From Chrysomallon squamiferum (Eukaryota; Animalia; Mollusca): a DNA stretch of 64,000 bases. Position 1 is the stretch's first letter. Each line of letters opens with the position of its first letter. Below the pieces are notes generated by a model. It was not told the DNA's origin. It saw only the letters and a program-made list of their open reading frames with translations, and searched no databases. The stretch spans positions 40,796,001-40,860,000 of the forward strand of contig CM022670.1 in NCBI GenBank assembly GCA_012295275.1. The letters run 5' to 3'. Positions 1 to 20,995 of the stretch are shown piece by piece. The position numbers and the translations under genes were made by a program.

Positions 1-161
1 AGAGTTTATGAAAAAAAAAGAAAATCCTAATTATTTTGTAAAGATCGTATTAAATATAACGATTCGCTGAAGAGTTTCAAAAATACAAATATTCAGAAAA
101 ACACGTTTTAAATTTCATTATTGATATATCTTAATATTAATATATTGGGATATAATTGGTT

Positions 162-164
<3 letters not shown>

Positions 165-253
<89 letters not shown>
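165..253. repeat. (AG)n microsatellite
   Basis: Direct reading. Confidence 0.95.
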
Positions 254-260
<7 letters not shown>

Positions 261-1432
261 AAAAAATGATCCTTTTCTAGAATGCCTACATTCGTAAGAA
301 GAAAAAGTACATAAATATTTATTCTTACAAATGACAGGCAGCTTTATTTGCTAATACAAAGCACTTCACGTTTTCCCATTTCTTGCATGAATCTAAATAA
401 AATTGCTGTTTTTTTTCTTTTTTTTTTTTTTTTCTTTTCAGCTAAATTTATTTATATTTGTTATATACTTAAATATGTAGTAAACATTTATTATTTGCTG
501 ATGAAGATACGAGGTTAAAAAAGACGAATAACAGAAGAGTTTGAAGTGATAAGTTTTGGAACGAATTTCTGTTAATGTGTATTAAGCATGAATATATTAT
601 ACATACATACACAAGTTTTGTAATATGTAACGTACTGTACATAATAATACGTGCAAAGTATAAAGATTTTTTTAACTACGTGATATATAAAATGTTACTA
701 AACACTAGATATATGTATAGTTCGATATTTGTATACTCACATAAATGTTGGATGTAAGTAAACGCATGTTATATGTAAACACCTGAATCTTAGCTGTCTG
801 TAGACATTATTTATTATACGTATTTAAATATCAAACAAAAAATAACTATATAAGGATTATTAACGTATATAAATATGTGTACATATATGAAAGTGTAAGA
901 GGTACGCTCATATCTTGAAAAAATTATTATTATAAAAATACCTGTTGCAGTTTTCATTAGAAAATACTGATATATTTTTTAATTAGTGCCGTTGAAATAA
1001 TATACTTTAATCTCATGTTAGGATTTATAAAACAATAGATAAATAAAATGTAAATAAAATGCCTTTGGAAATCACTAATGTATTAATTTATTTGAAATAA
1101 CAACAGACCACCAGTTAAATTTAATACCTATTAATAATATTTAAATATAAAACGAATAATTAAATGATGTTTCTTTTATTTTTTTCCTCATTATTGTATT
1201 ATTAAGAAATACCGTTTTTTCTTCACCATGTTTTATATAGATGTATATATTCTGAATATATTTTAATCATAATTTATTATATATAAAATAAATCATAATA
1301 TAATTCCATGACAGGCAAATTTAACTATTTTCGTTCAGTTTTGAGAGAGGTGTGTTTAAAAGTCAACAAAAGGGAAATCTCTCACTTGTAAAATTAAACT
1401 TAACTTCTATTATTAACTACAATCCTTTTCAG

Positions 1433-8472
<7,040 letters not shown>

Positions 8473-9154
8473 ACGAAGATGAAATTTATCGTCACAAAAC
8501 TTTCCTAGATTTCTTCGCTTGTTCACTACTGTATTTTCTAAAATACTATAACGTTTTGAGAAGAAAACAATGCTTGAACTCTTAATTTTATGTTCCCTTT
8601 GTTTTTATCATGTCCTTTTGTTTCGTTTTTGTCTTTTGATCTTGTAACTGTTTGTTTGTGTTTTTGTTTAAATTTAGTTTATTTAATTAAAATATTTGAC
8701 TTGATATTAATTCTAATTTTTGTTAGGATCTGAATGCATTATATTTTCTCTTTCTTTTTCTTTCTTTTTCTTATTTTTCTTATTATACAACTTTTTTCTT
8801 ATTATTATTAACATTATGCTGCATGAATTAATTTTTAATCGCATATGTCTAAAATATAGAGCATATTCAGAATTCCAGCATATGAAAAACTTTTTTTTCT
8901 TTCCATTAAATTAGTTCAGTAAAGTCGTAAGGCTACAGTTTTATGTTTTATGTGTTATAATATATTTGTATTTAATTATTATTTTTTAAAATTATTACTG
9001 GTAAGTCTGTGCACGCTGTGTTTATGTTTTATGACAAATATGGAATCTAATTGTTGTAAGTAAGAAAATGGATTTGTACAACAAAGTTGATTTCATATGA
9101 AATTAAATTCTGCTGTTTTTGTTCCATTGACACTGTTTATGTTAACTGTTGCTT

Positions 9155-9160
9155 AATAAA
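9155..9160 (+). terminator. Candidate polyadenylation signal of the TSP1 gene
   Basis: AATAAA about 680 nt after the last stop codon. AATAAA is common in AT-rich DNA, so this is weak. Confidence 0.35.
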
Positions 9161-9429
9161 GTTGATGTTGCAAAATGAAAACAAATTATTCTTTCTTTGT
9201 TACAAGTAAAAGAAATAATAAAAAATATTACTTGTTTCTCATTTCTGTACATATATTCTTGTACGAATACACACATATAAGTAACATATACACGCGTGTG
9301 GATGTTCAGGTATGTTTAAAAATATTTAAAAATTATTTTTTGATATAAAAACAGTTATTAACTTACGTGTATCTATTTTATAATTCCAGTATTAAACTCT
9401 CAAAATACAAAATAAAACGACAGTTTATT

Positions 9430-9678
9430 AAAACATCGTTTCAGACTGAGTCGTAGTAAAAGTCAACTGAGTATTTGCTTTGTGAAATCTCAAGACAACT
9501 CAGACAAAACGTCAGTGTACTAAAAATATCGATTCAGACTGAGTCATAATCAAATTATATTGTGAGTATTTACATCGAGAAATCTCAAGATAACTCAAAC
9601 AAAACGTCAGTATACTAAAATATCGTTTCAGACTGAGTCATAGTAAAATTATATTGTAGTTACTTCGAGAAACCTCAG
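9430..9678. repeat. ~92-95 bp tandem repeat, about 2.7 units
   Basis: Units start at ~9430, ~9522 and ~9617 (aaaa(c/t)atcg(t/a)ttcagactgagtc...gaaatctcaag). The array is duplicated at ~21519-21765. Confidence 0.85.
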
Positions 9679-10592
9679 TACAATGAAATAATACGTTAGA
9701 GCAGTAAGGTCGAGTTTTAAATCAGAAATCGACACTTTAACAGCATTAGGTTACAGCTGTGAGAATTTCACAGCCAAACGGTTGTTAACAACACAATGGG
9801 CTTTATTAACTCACAAAGGCTGAAAATATTGTAGGCTAGCTTATTTTGAAATACCCTAATAAGTACTTACTCACCTGTTTTAATAATTAAAAAAAAAGTT
9901 AAAATATAATTTTCAGAATGTTCGAGACGATAGAAGTGTCATATATTTACGAATTAAATATTTAGTTCTTAATCATTGACTAATGCTTCATTTGAACTCT
10001 CTCGAGTGAAGTCACTTCGGTTTCAGTCATTTTCATTTCTGTTGTTCTCTTAAATTAGAGCAGAGCACTCATACGTGTCATACACGTGTACATTTTTTTA
10101 ATTAACTACAAAGATCAGCGTTCACAGTTTATGGTTACGTTTTCAGTCAAAAAAAAAAAAAAATAATAATAATAATAACAATAATAATAAAAAAACACAT
10201 ACACATTTATATTCATTATTTAATTTTTTTTAATAAAAATTTCATACTGTTCAAAAATAAATTTTTAAAACCGGCTTAAGTAGCAACTGTCGAGAACAAA
10301 ACGGTCGTAAAAGGGGCTGACAGTATAAAGAATAGTACATATAAGAAAATATTGTATGTAATTAAATATTAATCTCTCCTGTATATTTATTTAGGTCTTA
10401 TGTTCATGCGACTATAAGTAAATACATTTTAAAAGATTCACATGTCTTTCTGACGTCTTGACTCTATTTTATTACACAGCAGGAGTTAATTTCTGTTCTC
10501 TCAGATAATTCAGTTGAAAACACGCATACAGTTTGCTTTGTGAAATCAATTGTTAACTATGTATATCGAGGTGGAAAATACAACACCAAGGG

Positions 10593-10789
<197 letters not shown>

Positions 10790-12738
10790 CTACTTATATC
10801 TCTTAAAAGAAAATCTGAGGAAAACATTATACTTATGGGAGTATTCTTTGAGATTTGTATTAATATAATCTAAATATTCTAATCTATTACTCTAAATTCT
10901 TATCAGAATATAAAAAATGTTCATAATTTCCGAGGAACGTCAGAAAAAAATTAAAAAAATAAAAAAAATAAAAAAATAAAAAAAGTAAAAAATAAATAAA
11001 TTCTGTAGTAATATTGACATTAGTACACTGCATGAATTATAATGTAATGAGTTTAGTTTCACTGACATACAATTATTAATGTATTAATTGATACAAAAGA
11101 AAATTACTAAAATGCGAAACGCCCTTTTTGAAAAGAGCGATAACCAGAACTTAGTGCAGCTGTATGAAAAGACAGGACAAAGGGGTAAGAGTTTATTGAA
11201 TGAATACAAAAATGAAAATGTTAAATTTGAATAAGATATGACGTCAAATAAATACATAAATCTCAGGTTCGTCATGATGACATTTTTATGTTATATACAT
11301 TGTTGGAATTACCAAAAGAAACTAAGAAGAGTATGTACTGTGCTTTTATAGATTTTGTAAAATCTTTTAATTCATTGTAGTGTCTGCTGTCTGGGCAAAA
11401 CGTATCAAATTGTGATTGACATTAATGGGAAATGCTTCAGAACAGTATTTAATGTATACAACGATATAATAACCATCGACATGTGGCAATTGGCAATAAA
11501 TCAGAATATTTTCCTTCCAATTCAGAACTCAGACAAGTAGAAAATGTGTCACCTTTTTTCATTTTCGTAATACTTGGATAACTGCCAGGTAACTCAGTAA
11601 ACCAGTAACTAACAGTTATTCTATCGAAAGATCAAAATGAAAACCTTAAGTTATTTCTGTTGTTACATAAGTTGACGATATGTAATATTTATGTCATTTA
11701 CTGCTACTGGTTTGAAATATATTTTGATACATGAAAAAATAAACATTAATGCTACCAAGACAAAAATTAAGATTTTTTTTTCAAGAGGCGGGTTTAGATC
11801 AAATATATATATATATTAACAAGAGAAATATAATTGTTGTCGAGGTTATATGCTTTCTATTATGTAATATGTCTTGTGTCAGAAAACGCTTTTTAAATCA
11901 TATTTTGCATGTTGTTCTCAGTATTTTTCTTTCGAGAAATAAACGACTTGTCTTGTAAACAGAAAGTCTTTGGTCTGTGAGTTATATCTATACCATGTTA
12001 GGTTGTTTATAAAATAATATTCACAACGACAACAACAAAAATAATAATAAGGATTACAATAACAACAATATAATTGTGGTAATAATAATAATAATAATAG
12101 TAATAATAATAACAACAAGAACGCATCTTACAGTCAGGAAACTTCATTTTCAACACATCAGTTTATGACATTAGATACTAAAAATGTTAACAGATACGTC
12201 ACCGTGGTATACTGCTTGTCAAACCAGTTTGAACTACGCATTAGGTATCCTGTCAGTTTTATCTATGCAGTTTCAAATATGTATTACGTGTGAGACTTCA
12301 AAAGAACATTTACAAAGGAAAAATAAACGCGGAAAAATGCACTTTCAGATGTTAATACAATCAAAGTGAAGAAATATGATGCTAATATAAAATTGAACCG
12401 CCCAGATAAGAATATATATATATATATATATATCTATAAACGGACACCAACTGTAATATTTTAATTAACTAATGTCTTCTGTCTCCCAGCAAACTAATTA
12501 TGAAAATCTGCATGTTTATAAAGAATAAACTGATATTAATGAAAATGTCTTGTATTTCACTATATTCACTCCACAATTACTAGCTAACTAAGGAAGTTAG
12601 GCTGTTCATTTTAAAAATGCACAAACACTGCAGGTTGGTTTAAATACTAACATTCCTGTTGCCTTTACCACTCCTACTACAGCTCCTATTACTCTTACTG
12701 CTACAAGTACTGCTGTTACTATTACTAGTGGTTGTGCA

Positions 12739-12805
<67 letters not shown>

Positions 12806-13692
12806 GCATTACTACTAGTAGCTCTATCAATAGTGACAGTGGCAGTAGTAGTAATATATACGACGATAATGAAAAAATTTATTTTGTTTATAATAACAAT
12901 AACTGCAATTAATCGCATTACAATTTATAATTTCGTTTCACCAACACCACCACAACAATCATTATTGTCGTCTTTACTATTTTCAGTGTTAATTATTACT
13001 TTACCTCCAACAACATAATTGGTAACTGGTATTTGACACCATGTCCCTGTATGTTTGGAAATGCTGACAGAGACCTAAGAAAAACAAATATTGATGGTAT
13101 TATATCAAGAACTCGACAGCTGTGTTTTGATACCTGTGTGGTAATGGGTCGTCATTGCGGATATTAAACTGTCAAATCCAATGACTTGTTGCGAAACACG
13201 AGACTCTCTACAACAGCCAGACACGCTTTAACGGCCACCGAAACAAGAAATCTCTGCTTTTAATTTAAAAAAACCTCCACGCACACGGGATTCGACGAAT
13301 ACTCGGTGGTAAGCGATACGGTTAGAGAGATTTGCTCAAAGATATCTCCGTTGTTTTCAAGAGAGTCTGTTTATGCTGGTTTCATCGTACTGCGATCTCA
13401 CGTTTCAGCCAGTCTTCCGAATAAGGCCGACCAGTGGCGAGGTTAATAATAAACGTCGGGGTGTACAAAAGGTGCGCCTTTGAGCAATTAAATCAACTCA
13501 TCTTCTGACAGACAGACCCGAGTCTCTCAATTGAGCGTTTTCGTGGGATAGGGTTTCACGCCTTTTTGTGAACACGATTGCGTACGATATTCGTATTTAA
13601 CCTTATACTCCAGCAGCCATCAGTTGTTAACACAATCAGATAAGTTCATCAATCACGACCAAAAAAAAAAAAAAAAAAAATTAAAAACGAGG

Positions 13693-13700
13693 TATAAAAG
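13693..13700 (+). promoter_or_regulatory. TATA box of NIDO gene copy 1
   Basis: TATAAAAG about 70 nt upstream of ATG 13764, conserved in copy 2. Confidence 0.6.
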
Positions 13701-13763
13701 GTACGAGAAGCCATTTTTCGTAGGAGTGGTTATAACGACACCTCTTCGAGAATATCATCCACT

Positions 13764-14700
13764 ATGTTGCATGTAAGATTATTTTTGGTTTTTGTCGCCG
13801 TTGTTGAAATTGTCGCTGCTGTGGATTTGTATCCGTACAATACGCCAGAAGACATAAGTTTGAGAAGTTCTAGTTATGCCTTGTCGGTGCAGCCTCCGTT
13901 TCAATTTTATGAAAATGTCTACACTTCTTTCTATGTAAGTTAGATAATGATAATAATAATAATAATAATATAATGATCAGCAACAAGAACAACAACATTA
14001 ATAATAATAATAGTATTATTATTGTTATTATTATTATTATATAACAATGATGGTAGAGATAAATAATGATGATAATGTTTTAATGACAATGACGAAAATC
14101 ACAAAATAAATTCATATTAAAAACAGAGATATACAAATTATTTCGTTTTGTTTAATCATAAGTAAAACATAGTCACTGAAATTTATTTTTACTTGAGCTT
14201 ATTAAAAACATCTTAAAGATCCCACTGATACTCATTAACTGGATATCATAGAAAGTTTTTATTGTAAAACCATCAGTGATATTCTAAGGCCTATTTCACG
14301 TTAAGCGTTCATAAATACGAGACTATTATTATCATTATTATTATTATTATTATTATTATTACTACTGTATTTATGGCAACACCTCATAACAATTACAGCT
14401 TGTATGAAAGGGACATACTAATTACTTTGGTTAATTAATATTTAATATAACGCAGATAAAGTATCCAAACAGTTAAAGGGCCTGCAAGTAAAACATGGTA
14501 TATATATCCTGCTCAGGTTTTGACGACAGTCACAACGTAATCATTTTGCATGAGACGCCATTAACATAATTAACTTTGATGAAAATGGTGTCATTCAGAG
14601 AGGAACTGGTTGTTTGTTTATAACGCTCTGGTTCACGGATTAGTTACATCTCTGTGTAAATTGTGAAACATTTAAAAAAATACTTTTTGCAGTTTCAGAA

Positions 14701-14739
<39 letters not shown>

Positions 14740-17348
14740 ACGAGTTAGTAGACAAACATCTAAGTACGTAAGTAAATAAGTAAATACAATTATCATATTG
14801 ATTTATTAATAAGTAAGTTAGTACACAAACAAAAATCTTAGTAAATAAGTAATTACATACGTTAATTAATTAATTAACAATAAGTTAGTAGACTATCAAA
14901 CAAGTAAGTAAGTAAGCAAGTAAATAAGTAAATTGTATTAGAAAATAAATCAGTTAAACACTTTTCGTATGCATTAGTCTGTAACATGAAGTTCATTTTC
15001 AGACGTGATCTCACCCTTACTTGAAAGAAAAAGATATGTTAGAGAAGTTCTTGTTTTATCGCTATAGTTAATAAAATAAATATATATATAAATAAATATA
15101 TTAAATTAGTTTTAGAAAATATAAAGAAAACAAAAATTGAATTAACAGAAATAAAAAAAATCAAAGAATGTACTTGGAATACCTTTAGGTAGACTGTCAG
15201 CAATATAACAAGTGCATTTTTATTTAATTTTATATAAAAAAATTTAAATGTATTTACTTACTTATATATAGTGGTAGTAGTAGTAGTGGTAGCAGTAGTA
15301 GTAAGCATAGCAGTGGTAGTAAAAGTAGCTGTTCAGTAGTAGTAACTAGTATCAAATGCAATAACAGGAGAGCAGTAATAGTAATTCTAGTTTATTTATT
15401 AATTTATTTATTATTGTTGTTAGAAATAGTGGTAGTAACTGTATTTTATTTATTTATTTATTATTATTATTATTCTTATGTTGTTGTTGGACTTGATAGT
15501 AATTGTAGTTTATTGATTTATTTATTATTGTTGTGTTGTTGTTGTTGTTCTTAGAAATAGTGATAGTAATTGCAGTTTATTGATTTATTTATTTATTGTT
15601 GTTGTTAGAAGTAGTGGTAACTGTAGTTTATTTATTGTGATGTTTTTGTTGTTGTTATTAGAAGTAGTGGTAGTAATTGTACTTTATTTATTTATTTATT
15701 ATTGTTGTTGTTAGAAGTACTTGTAGTAACTGAAGTTTATTTATTTATTTATTACTGTTGTGTTGTTATTATTGTTATAAGTAGTCGTAGTAATTGAAGT
15801 TTATTTATTTATTTATTACTGTTGTGTTGTTATTATTGTTAGAAGTAGTGGTAATAATTGTAGTTATTTATTTTTATATTATTGTTGTGTTCTTGCTATT
15901 ATCAGAAGTAGTGGTATTAATTTAAGTTTATTTATATATTTATTATTGTGGTGTTGTTGTTGCTATGTTAGAGGTAATGATAGTAATTGTAGATTATCTA
16001 TTTATTTATTATTGTTGTGTTTTGTTGTTGTTGTTAGAATTAATCGTAGTAATTGCAGTTTATTTACTTGATTATTTTACATACGAAGACAGCAGTGATT
16101 TTAATGATCGCAGTAATAAATAAACTACAAACATCACCGCGAACTAACAACGATAGATCCCGTGACTTTACAGCTGAGAGAGATGTGATCTGTCCACAGG
16201 GCTACATCTTACGCTTTTATCGATGTACAGTCTGTACATTACCTGTGTTGTGTAAAAAGAGACTGTTAGAAAGAGGTGAGGGAGAAAAGTAGATGATAGT
16301 CGCTCGCGCAGTACACCGAAGTTCACGAGACTTTGCTTTTCTCGAACGAAGTCTCAGCTACAGTTTCCCAAGACTCCTTATGGCCACCGAAGTTCAAATT
16401 ACAAGATTGTACGCATGTCTGCCGAATGTTCAAGTACAGCTCACGAGACTGTACTTTGTGGCTGATGGGATGGACTATATGTATATGTTGTTTGTGTATA
16501 CGTATCTCTCTATATGTATGTGTGAATGTAGGGATTATGTAAGTATGTATGATTTATGAAGGTAGCACTGTCGTAATTTATCATCATTACCTCACAGTAA
16601 TTGTACGCACAGCTGTTTTCAGCGTGGATTATCACAGTTCTTTACAGAGGCATCGATGTGGTTATATAATCACACAGACTTTTGTGTTACCTGCTATCTC
16701 GACTCATCTCTGTGTCGCTAAAATTCATTATAAGACATTACTATCTGGTAACTGTATATTAACTGTACACTTGCTGTTATAATTTAGGGTTGTTATTGTT
16801 ATGATTATTATCGGCGCAGTATTTATTTATTTATTTATTTATTTAATTATTAATTTTTTTTTATTATTTTTTTTTTTTTTAAAGATAAACATAGATGGTT
16901 CAGTAAGCTTCGGATTAAAGGCAGATTTTACAAAAACTACAATGAATGCTGCCACTGTCGTTCCAGCCGTGTGTGCTTTTTGTGCTGATATTCATAAAAA
17001 AGCTGACACCAGCTTAATTTTCAGAATTACAAACGATTCAAGCCTGCTGACAGACATTGCACAGACAGCTGGACAGTTTGAAATGTTCCAACCTTCTTTC
17101 CATCCCGTTTCTGCCTTAATAGTCACGTGGGAAAACGTTGGTAATATAAACGACAAGCCACTCGAGGTAAATAATATCTGTTTTGACTTTATTTTATATA
17201 TTTTTTATACCAGACAGAGCAGTCTAGACTATCTTGAAGAAAATTAATACCAGTAATTAATTATCTATCAAATAACATTGATTGTGTGGCTATATTTTCC
17301 TCTCAGTGATTCCGTTAAAGTATACCCCGTTATTAGTATCATTTAACA

Positions 17349-17390
<42 letters not shown>

Positions 17391-17407
17391 TGATGTGTGT
17401 ATGTGTG

Positions 17408-17461
<54 letters not shown>

Positions 17462-18937
17462 TGTGACAATAAATGTTCACCATTTTTCGGGAATTGCATC
17501 TTTTTATTTTAATCCTTTCATGTAAAGTCTAAAAAATTCCCAGATATTATTATTAGTGGAATTAATAGTGATTTAAATAAGCAAAAATAAGAAAACTTAA
17601 ATTAAACAGGAATTGCTGATGTTATATAACCAGCATTATTTCTTGGTATAATTTTTCTGTTATTGAATATTTCGTAGATAGAAATAAAACGTTGAGAGAA
17701 ATAAATGTTTGTCAAATTTTCTAAATTCATTGTTAGTGATAGTAACCAAATTCTAACATTAAAACGTTCAGTGTTTTCACGTAATCAAAAATCTAAGGAA
17801 AAAAAAAAAAAAAAAATAGATAGGAAAATCTCCAGCATAATGCAGTTTAATGTGTTATTACAGACGAACACGTTTCAAGCAGTTTTGGCTCATAACGCTG
17901 AAAAGTCACTGGTGATGCTAATGTATAAAAGAATGACTTGGGTTATCGACACTAGAGATCTTTCAGCAAACGATCCTTCCACGGTACCCATTAGAACTCA
18001 GGTTGGTATGTGCGTATCTTCGTGTGTTTGAAGATACGTGTTAACGTACTTGTGAAGATATATATGTATATATATGTATGTGTTATGTGTGTTTGTGTTT
18101 TTGTGCATATGTCGAGACATGTAAGCACGTAGTGAAGGATACTTTCAGAGATATGAGTCGTTTACCACTCCCGTGTCAAGATGATGTAATGAAAAGATGT
18201 TTATTACAGGCTGGTTTCCTTGCTGATGTCAGCAAAAAGTACTATCTTCTTGATGGGTCAAGGTCAGAGGATTTACTCAACGTCACTCATAATTCGAACA
18301 TAGGAATTCCTGGAAAGTACTTGTTTCGAGTAGATACGGATATAATGGAACCAGTTCGAATAAGTAAGTTACATATTTACGATATATTAATTATATCTTA
18401 AATAGCTATAGTCTATAGATAATTTTCCTAACCTTAATATCCAAGAACACAAAAGCTCGGTACTATTTCATTATTTGTATAAAAGATTTATTAACGTTTG
18501 AAGAGAATTCTATTGAAGATTATAAGAAAGAAACGTATATGTATTGTAACGAAGAAAAAATGAAATATTTTATTTCAAAAGAACAGCTTTGAATAAGAGA
18601 AAAAGATGTTTTCACAGTTACTGTAATGGTAATATTTCGGCTGATCTACTTCCATGAAAACCGACAGATCTGCACTGTAAAGTTAATAATAAAAATAATA
18701 ATAGTATTTGTGTTAACTAAGAATTACCAGTCATGTGTGTCATAGAAAAACTAAAGTTATTCAATGATATTTCATCCTGATCTAAATTTATATATCTATT
18801 AGCATAATTATAAATTAATATATATGGACACTAATAAATAAATAAATAAATAAATAATAACAAAATATAAGATAAATAATAAAAAAATAAATAAAAAAAT
18901 GCACTGACACACACACTCACACAGAGACACAGATTAC

Positions 18938-19001
<64 letters not shown>

Positions 19002-19102
19002 CTTCTATTTCAGCAACGACTCCAGGACAGTCTACAGGCACTAGTATTGGCATGACCGCAGTTGTCATACTTTGTCTTTTATCTTTTATTCTTTGCTACT
19101 GA
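13764..19102 (+). CDS. NIDO-domain cell-surface protein, copy 1 (277 aa; signal peptide, single NIDO domain, predicted GPI signal)
   Basis: join(13764-13934,16885-17166,17864-18001,18210-18363,19014-19102), all GT-AG, 834 nt open frame. N-terminus MLHVRLFLVFVAVVEIVAA is signal-like. NIDO motifs LYPY, PPFQFY, INIDGSVSF, LIVTWENV, TNTFQAVL, SNIGIPGKYLFRVD. C-terminus TTTPGQSTGTSIGMTAVVILCLLSFILCY* has small residues then a terminal hydrophobic tail. Confidence 0.88.
15380..16070. repeat. Degenerate ~45-55 bp intronic minisatellite (gttagaagtagtggtagtaattgtagtttatttattt...)
   Basis: Roughly a dozen imperfect units here, fewer in the paralogous introns (~27375-27600, ~37420-37560). Confidence 0.8.
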
Positions 19103-19738
19103 AGTTCTTTTTCTTCTTTTTTTTAAATTAAACAAGAAAGAAAGGAATAACCCCAGACATTTATACAGGAATGTAGAACAAACAAACAAAAAGCTGATAA
19201 TAATAAATGTAGTTAAAAGGTGAAGGACTGCTTTATATCACTGCATGTTTTAATCCTTGAAAGATATATTAAAGAAGAAAGTTATATACGATTATTAATT
19301 AATTAATTAACTTATTTATTTGTCTGTCTGGCTGTCTATCTGTCTATCGATATATACATACATACATGCTGGATATTCTGGTATATATGTTGGTGTTAAT
19401 AGTTACTGTAACTATTATTATTTTATTGTTTACAAGAATATTATCAAAGCTGCAATATTCAGTTTTCATTTAATAAATAAATAAAATTGTGTTGTTAAAA
19501 AAATGAACTTTGAATTTCAGAATTTTTATGTACATTTATTCACTTATAACAATATATCTGTGACAAAAATACTTAAAGCTTTGGGACAATTATTATGTTA
19601 TTGCAAATTCATCGCAGTTCTATTTTTTCATACATACGTACACACACGCACATATTACGTTTAATGTTTTATCATGTAGAATTTTAAGAGTCAGTGCACA
19701 TGAATAAATAACTAAGCATAATAATGACAAAGGTAGGC

Positions 19739-19769
<31 letters not shown>

Positions 19770-19889
19770 GATTTGGTTTTAGTTTTAATTGTTTTTATTT
19801 TCATTATTATTTTATTCTCGTTATTTTGTTATTGCACCAGTTAGTTAATAAAAGATACTATGAATATAATTACTGTTGTCTGTTATCAG

Positions 19890-19946
<57 letters not shown>

Positions 19947-20913
19947 TGTTATTGCTGATACCCAGCAAGTAACAAAATTAACATTTCAATAACAACGGAT
20001 ATTCTGTGCATGATATATAAAAAAAATGTAGTAACTAAAGTATGGTTCAGCTTGCTTATATTGTAAACTGCTATACATGTTACAGATATTCAGCAAATCT
20101 TAATATTAAGTTAACAGGTATCATATAGTTTTGTACCACTTGAGAGTGAAAAAAGTCGCCATGGCTCACTGAACTGCTAATCATATGCCTTTTACCTAGC
20201 ATATAATAATGGACTCGTCTTCCCAGTTGTTACAAACCTTTACTCTAGTTGTACAAAAATCGATGGAGAAAAAATTGTACCAAATATATAAAAATTAGGA
20301 TTATTTGCATCTCTTGAAGGATATTTTCCTGAGTTATTAATATTATTATTGTATTTAGCTGTATTAAGCGAAAATAACTTGGTCGTTGTTGACTGTCACA
20401 CTTAATATTATAGGGTTTTCGTAATTGGTACCTAAGCTGATTCTGCGACAACTGGACTGTTAACAGATGTAAGACGCTTGCTGCTAATCAAACAGAAACA
20501 CCTGATTGTGTATTGGCATCAGATTTCCTACCACGCAGGAGGCATTATCACAATATTAACGTTATTTAATTTTTTTTTTTTAAAGTTGCTATTTTGGCGT
20601 GTGATCTTTGCAATGCAGTGATCTACACCGAGAAAATTCTACGCGCTTATTTTAATTATTATTTTGTTTGTTTTTGTTTTAGTTTTTTATTATATATTTA
20701 TAATTGAGTGTTAAAGGTGAATAAGTTTATCGATCAATTCAGCGGACTTCTGCGATGACTTTGGCAGCCGCGAGTTTTGCAAAGTAAAGTTGACAGTATT
20801 TCGCAGTTTTTACCTTTTCTTCGAACTTCCTTTATGGTCACCAAAATGCTTTATACGAATACAAATTGACTTGTGTTACATTTACAAAATATTGTGATAC
20901 ACTAAGTGTGATT

Positions 20914-20915
<2 letters not shown>

Positions 20916-20990
<75 letters not shown>
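20916..20990. repeat. (GA)n microsatellite
   Basis: Direct reading; paralog at 34542-34605. Confidence 0.9.

Positions 20991-20995
<5 letters not shown>

Noticed and set aside
9430-9678. Repeat array superficially like CRISPR
   Set aside because: Whole units repeat with no unique spacers, the context is eukaryotic and there are no cas genes.
12606-13018. Hydrophobic poly-I/L ORFs resembling membrane proteins (also 2666-2919, 24611-24984, 32162-32344, 57522-57788)
   Set aside because: They come from (AAT)n/(ACT)n repeats whose lengths differ between duplicates; no splice or codon evidence.
16053-16782. Chain of short ORFs in NIDO intron 1 (paralogs at 28518-29004, 38018-38693)
   Set aside because: Frames and stops are not preserved among copies; the similarity reflects duplication only.
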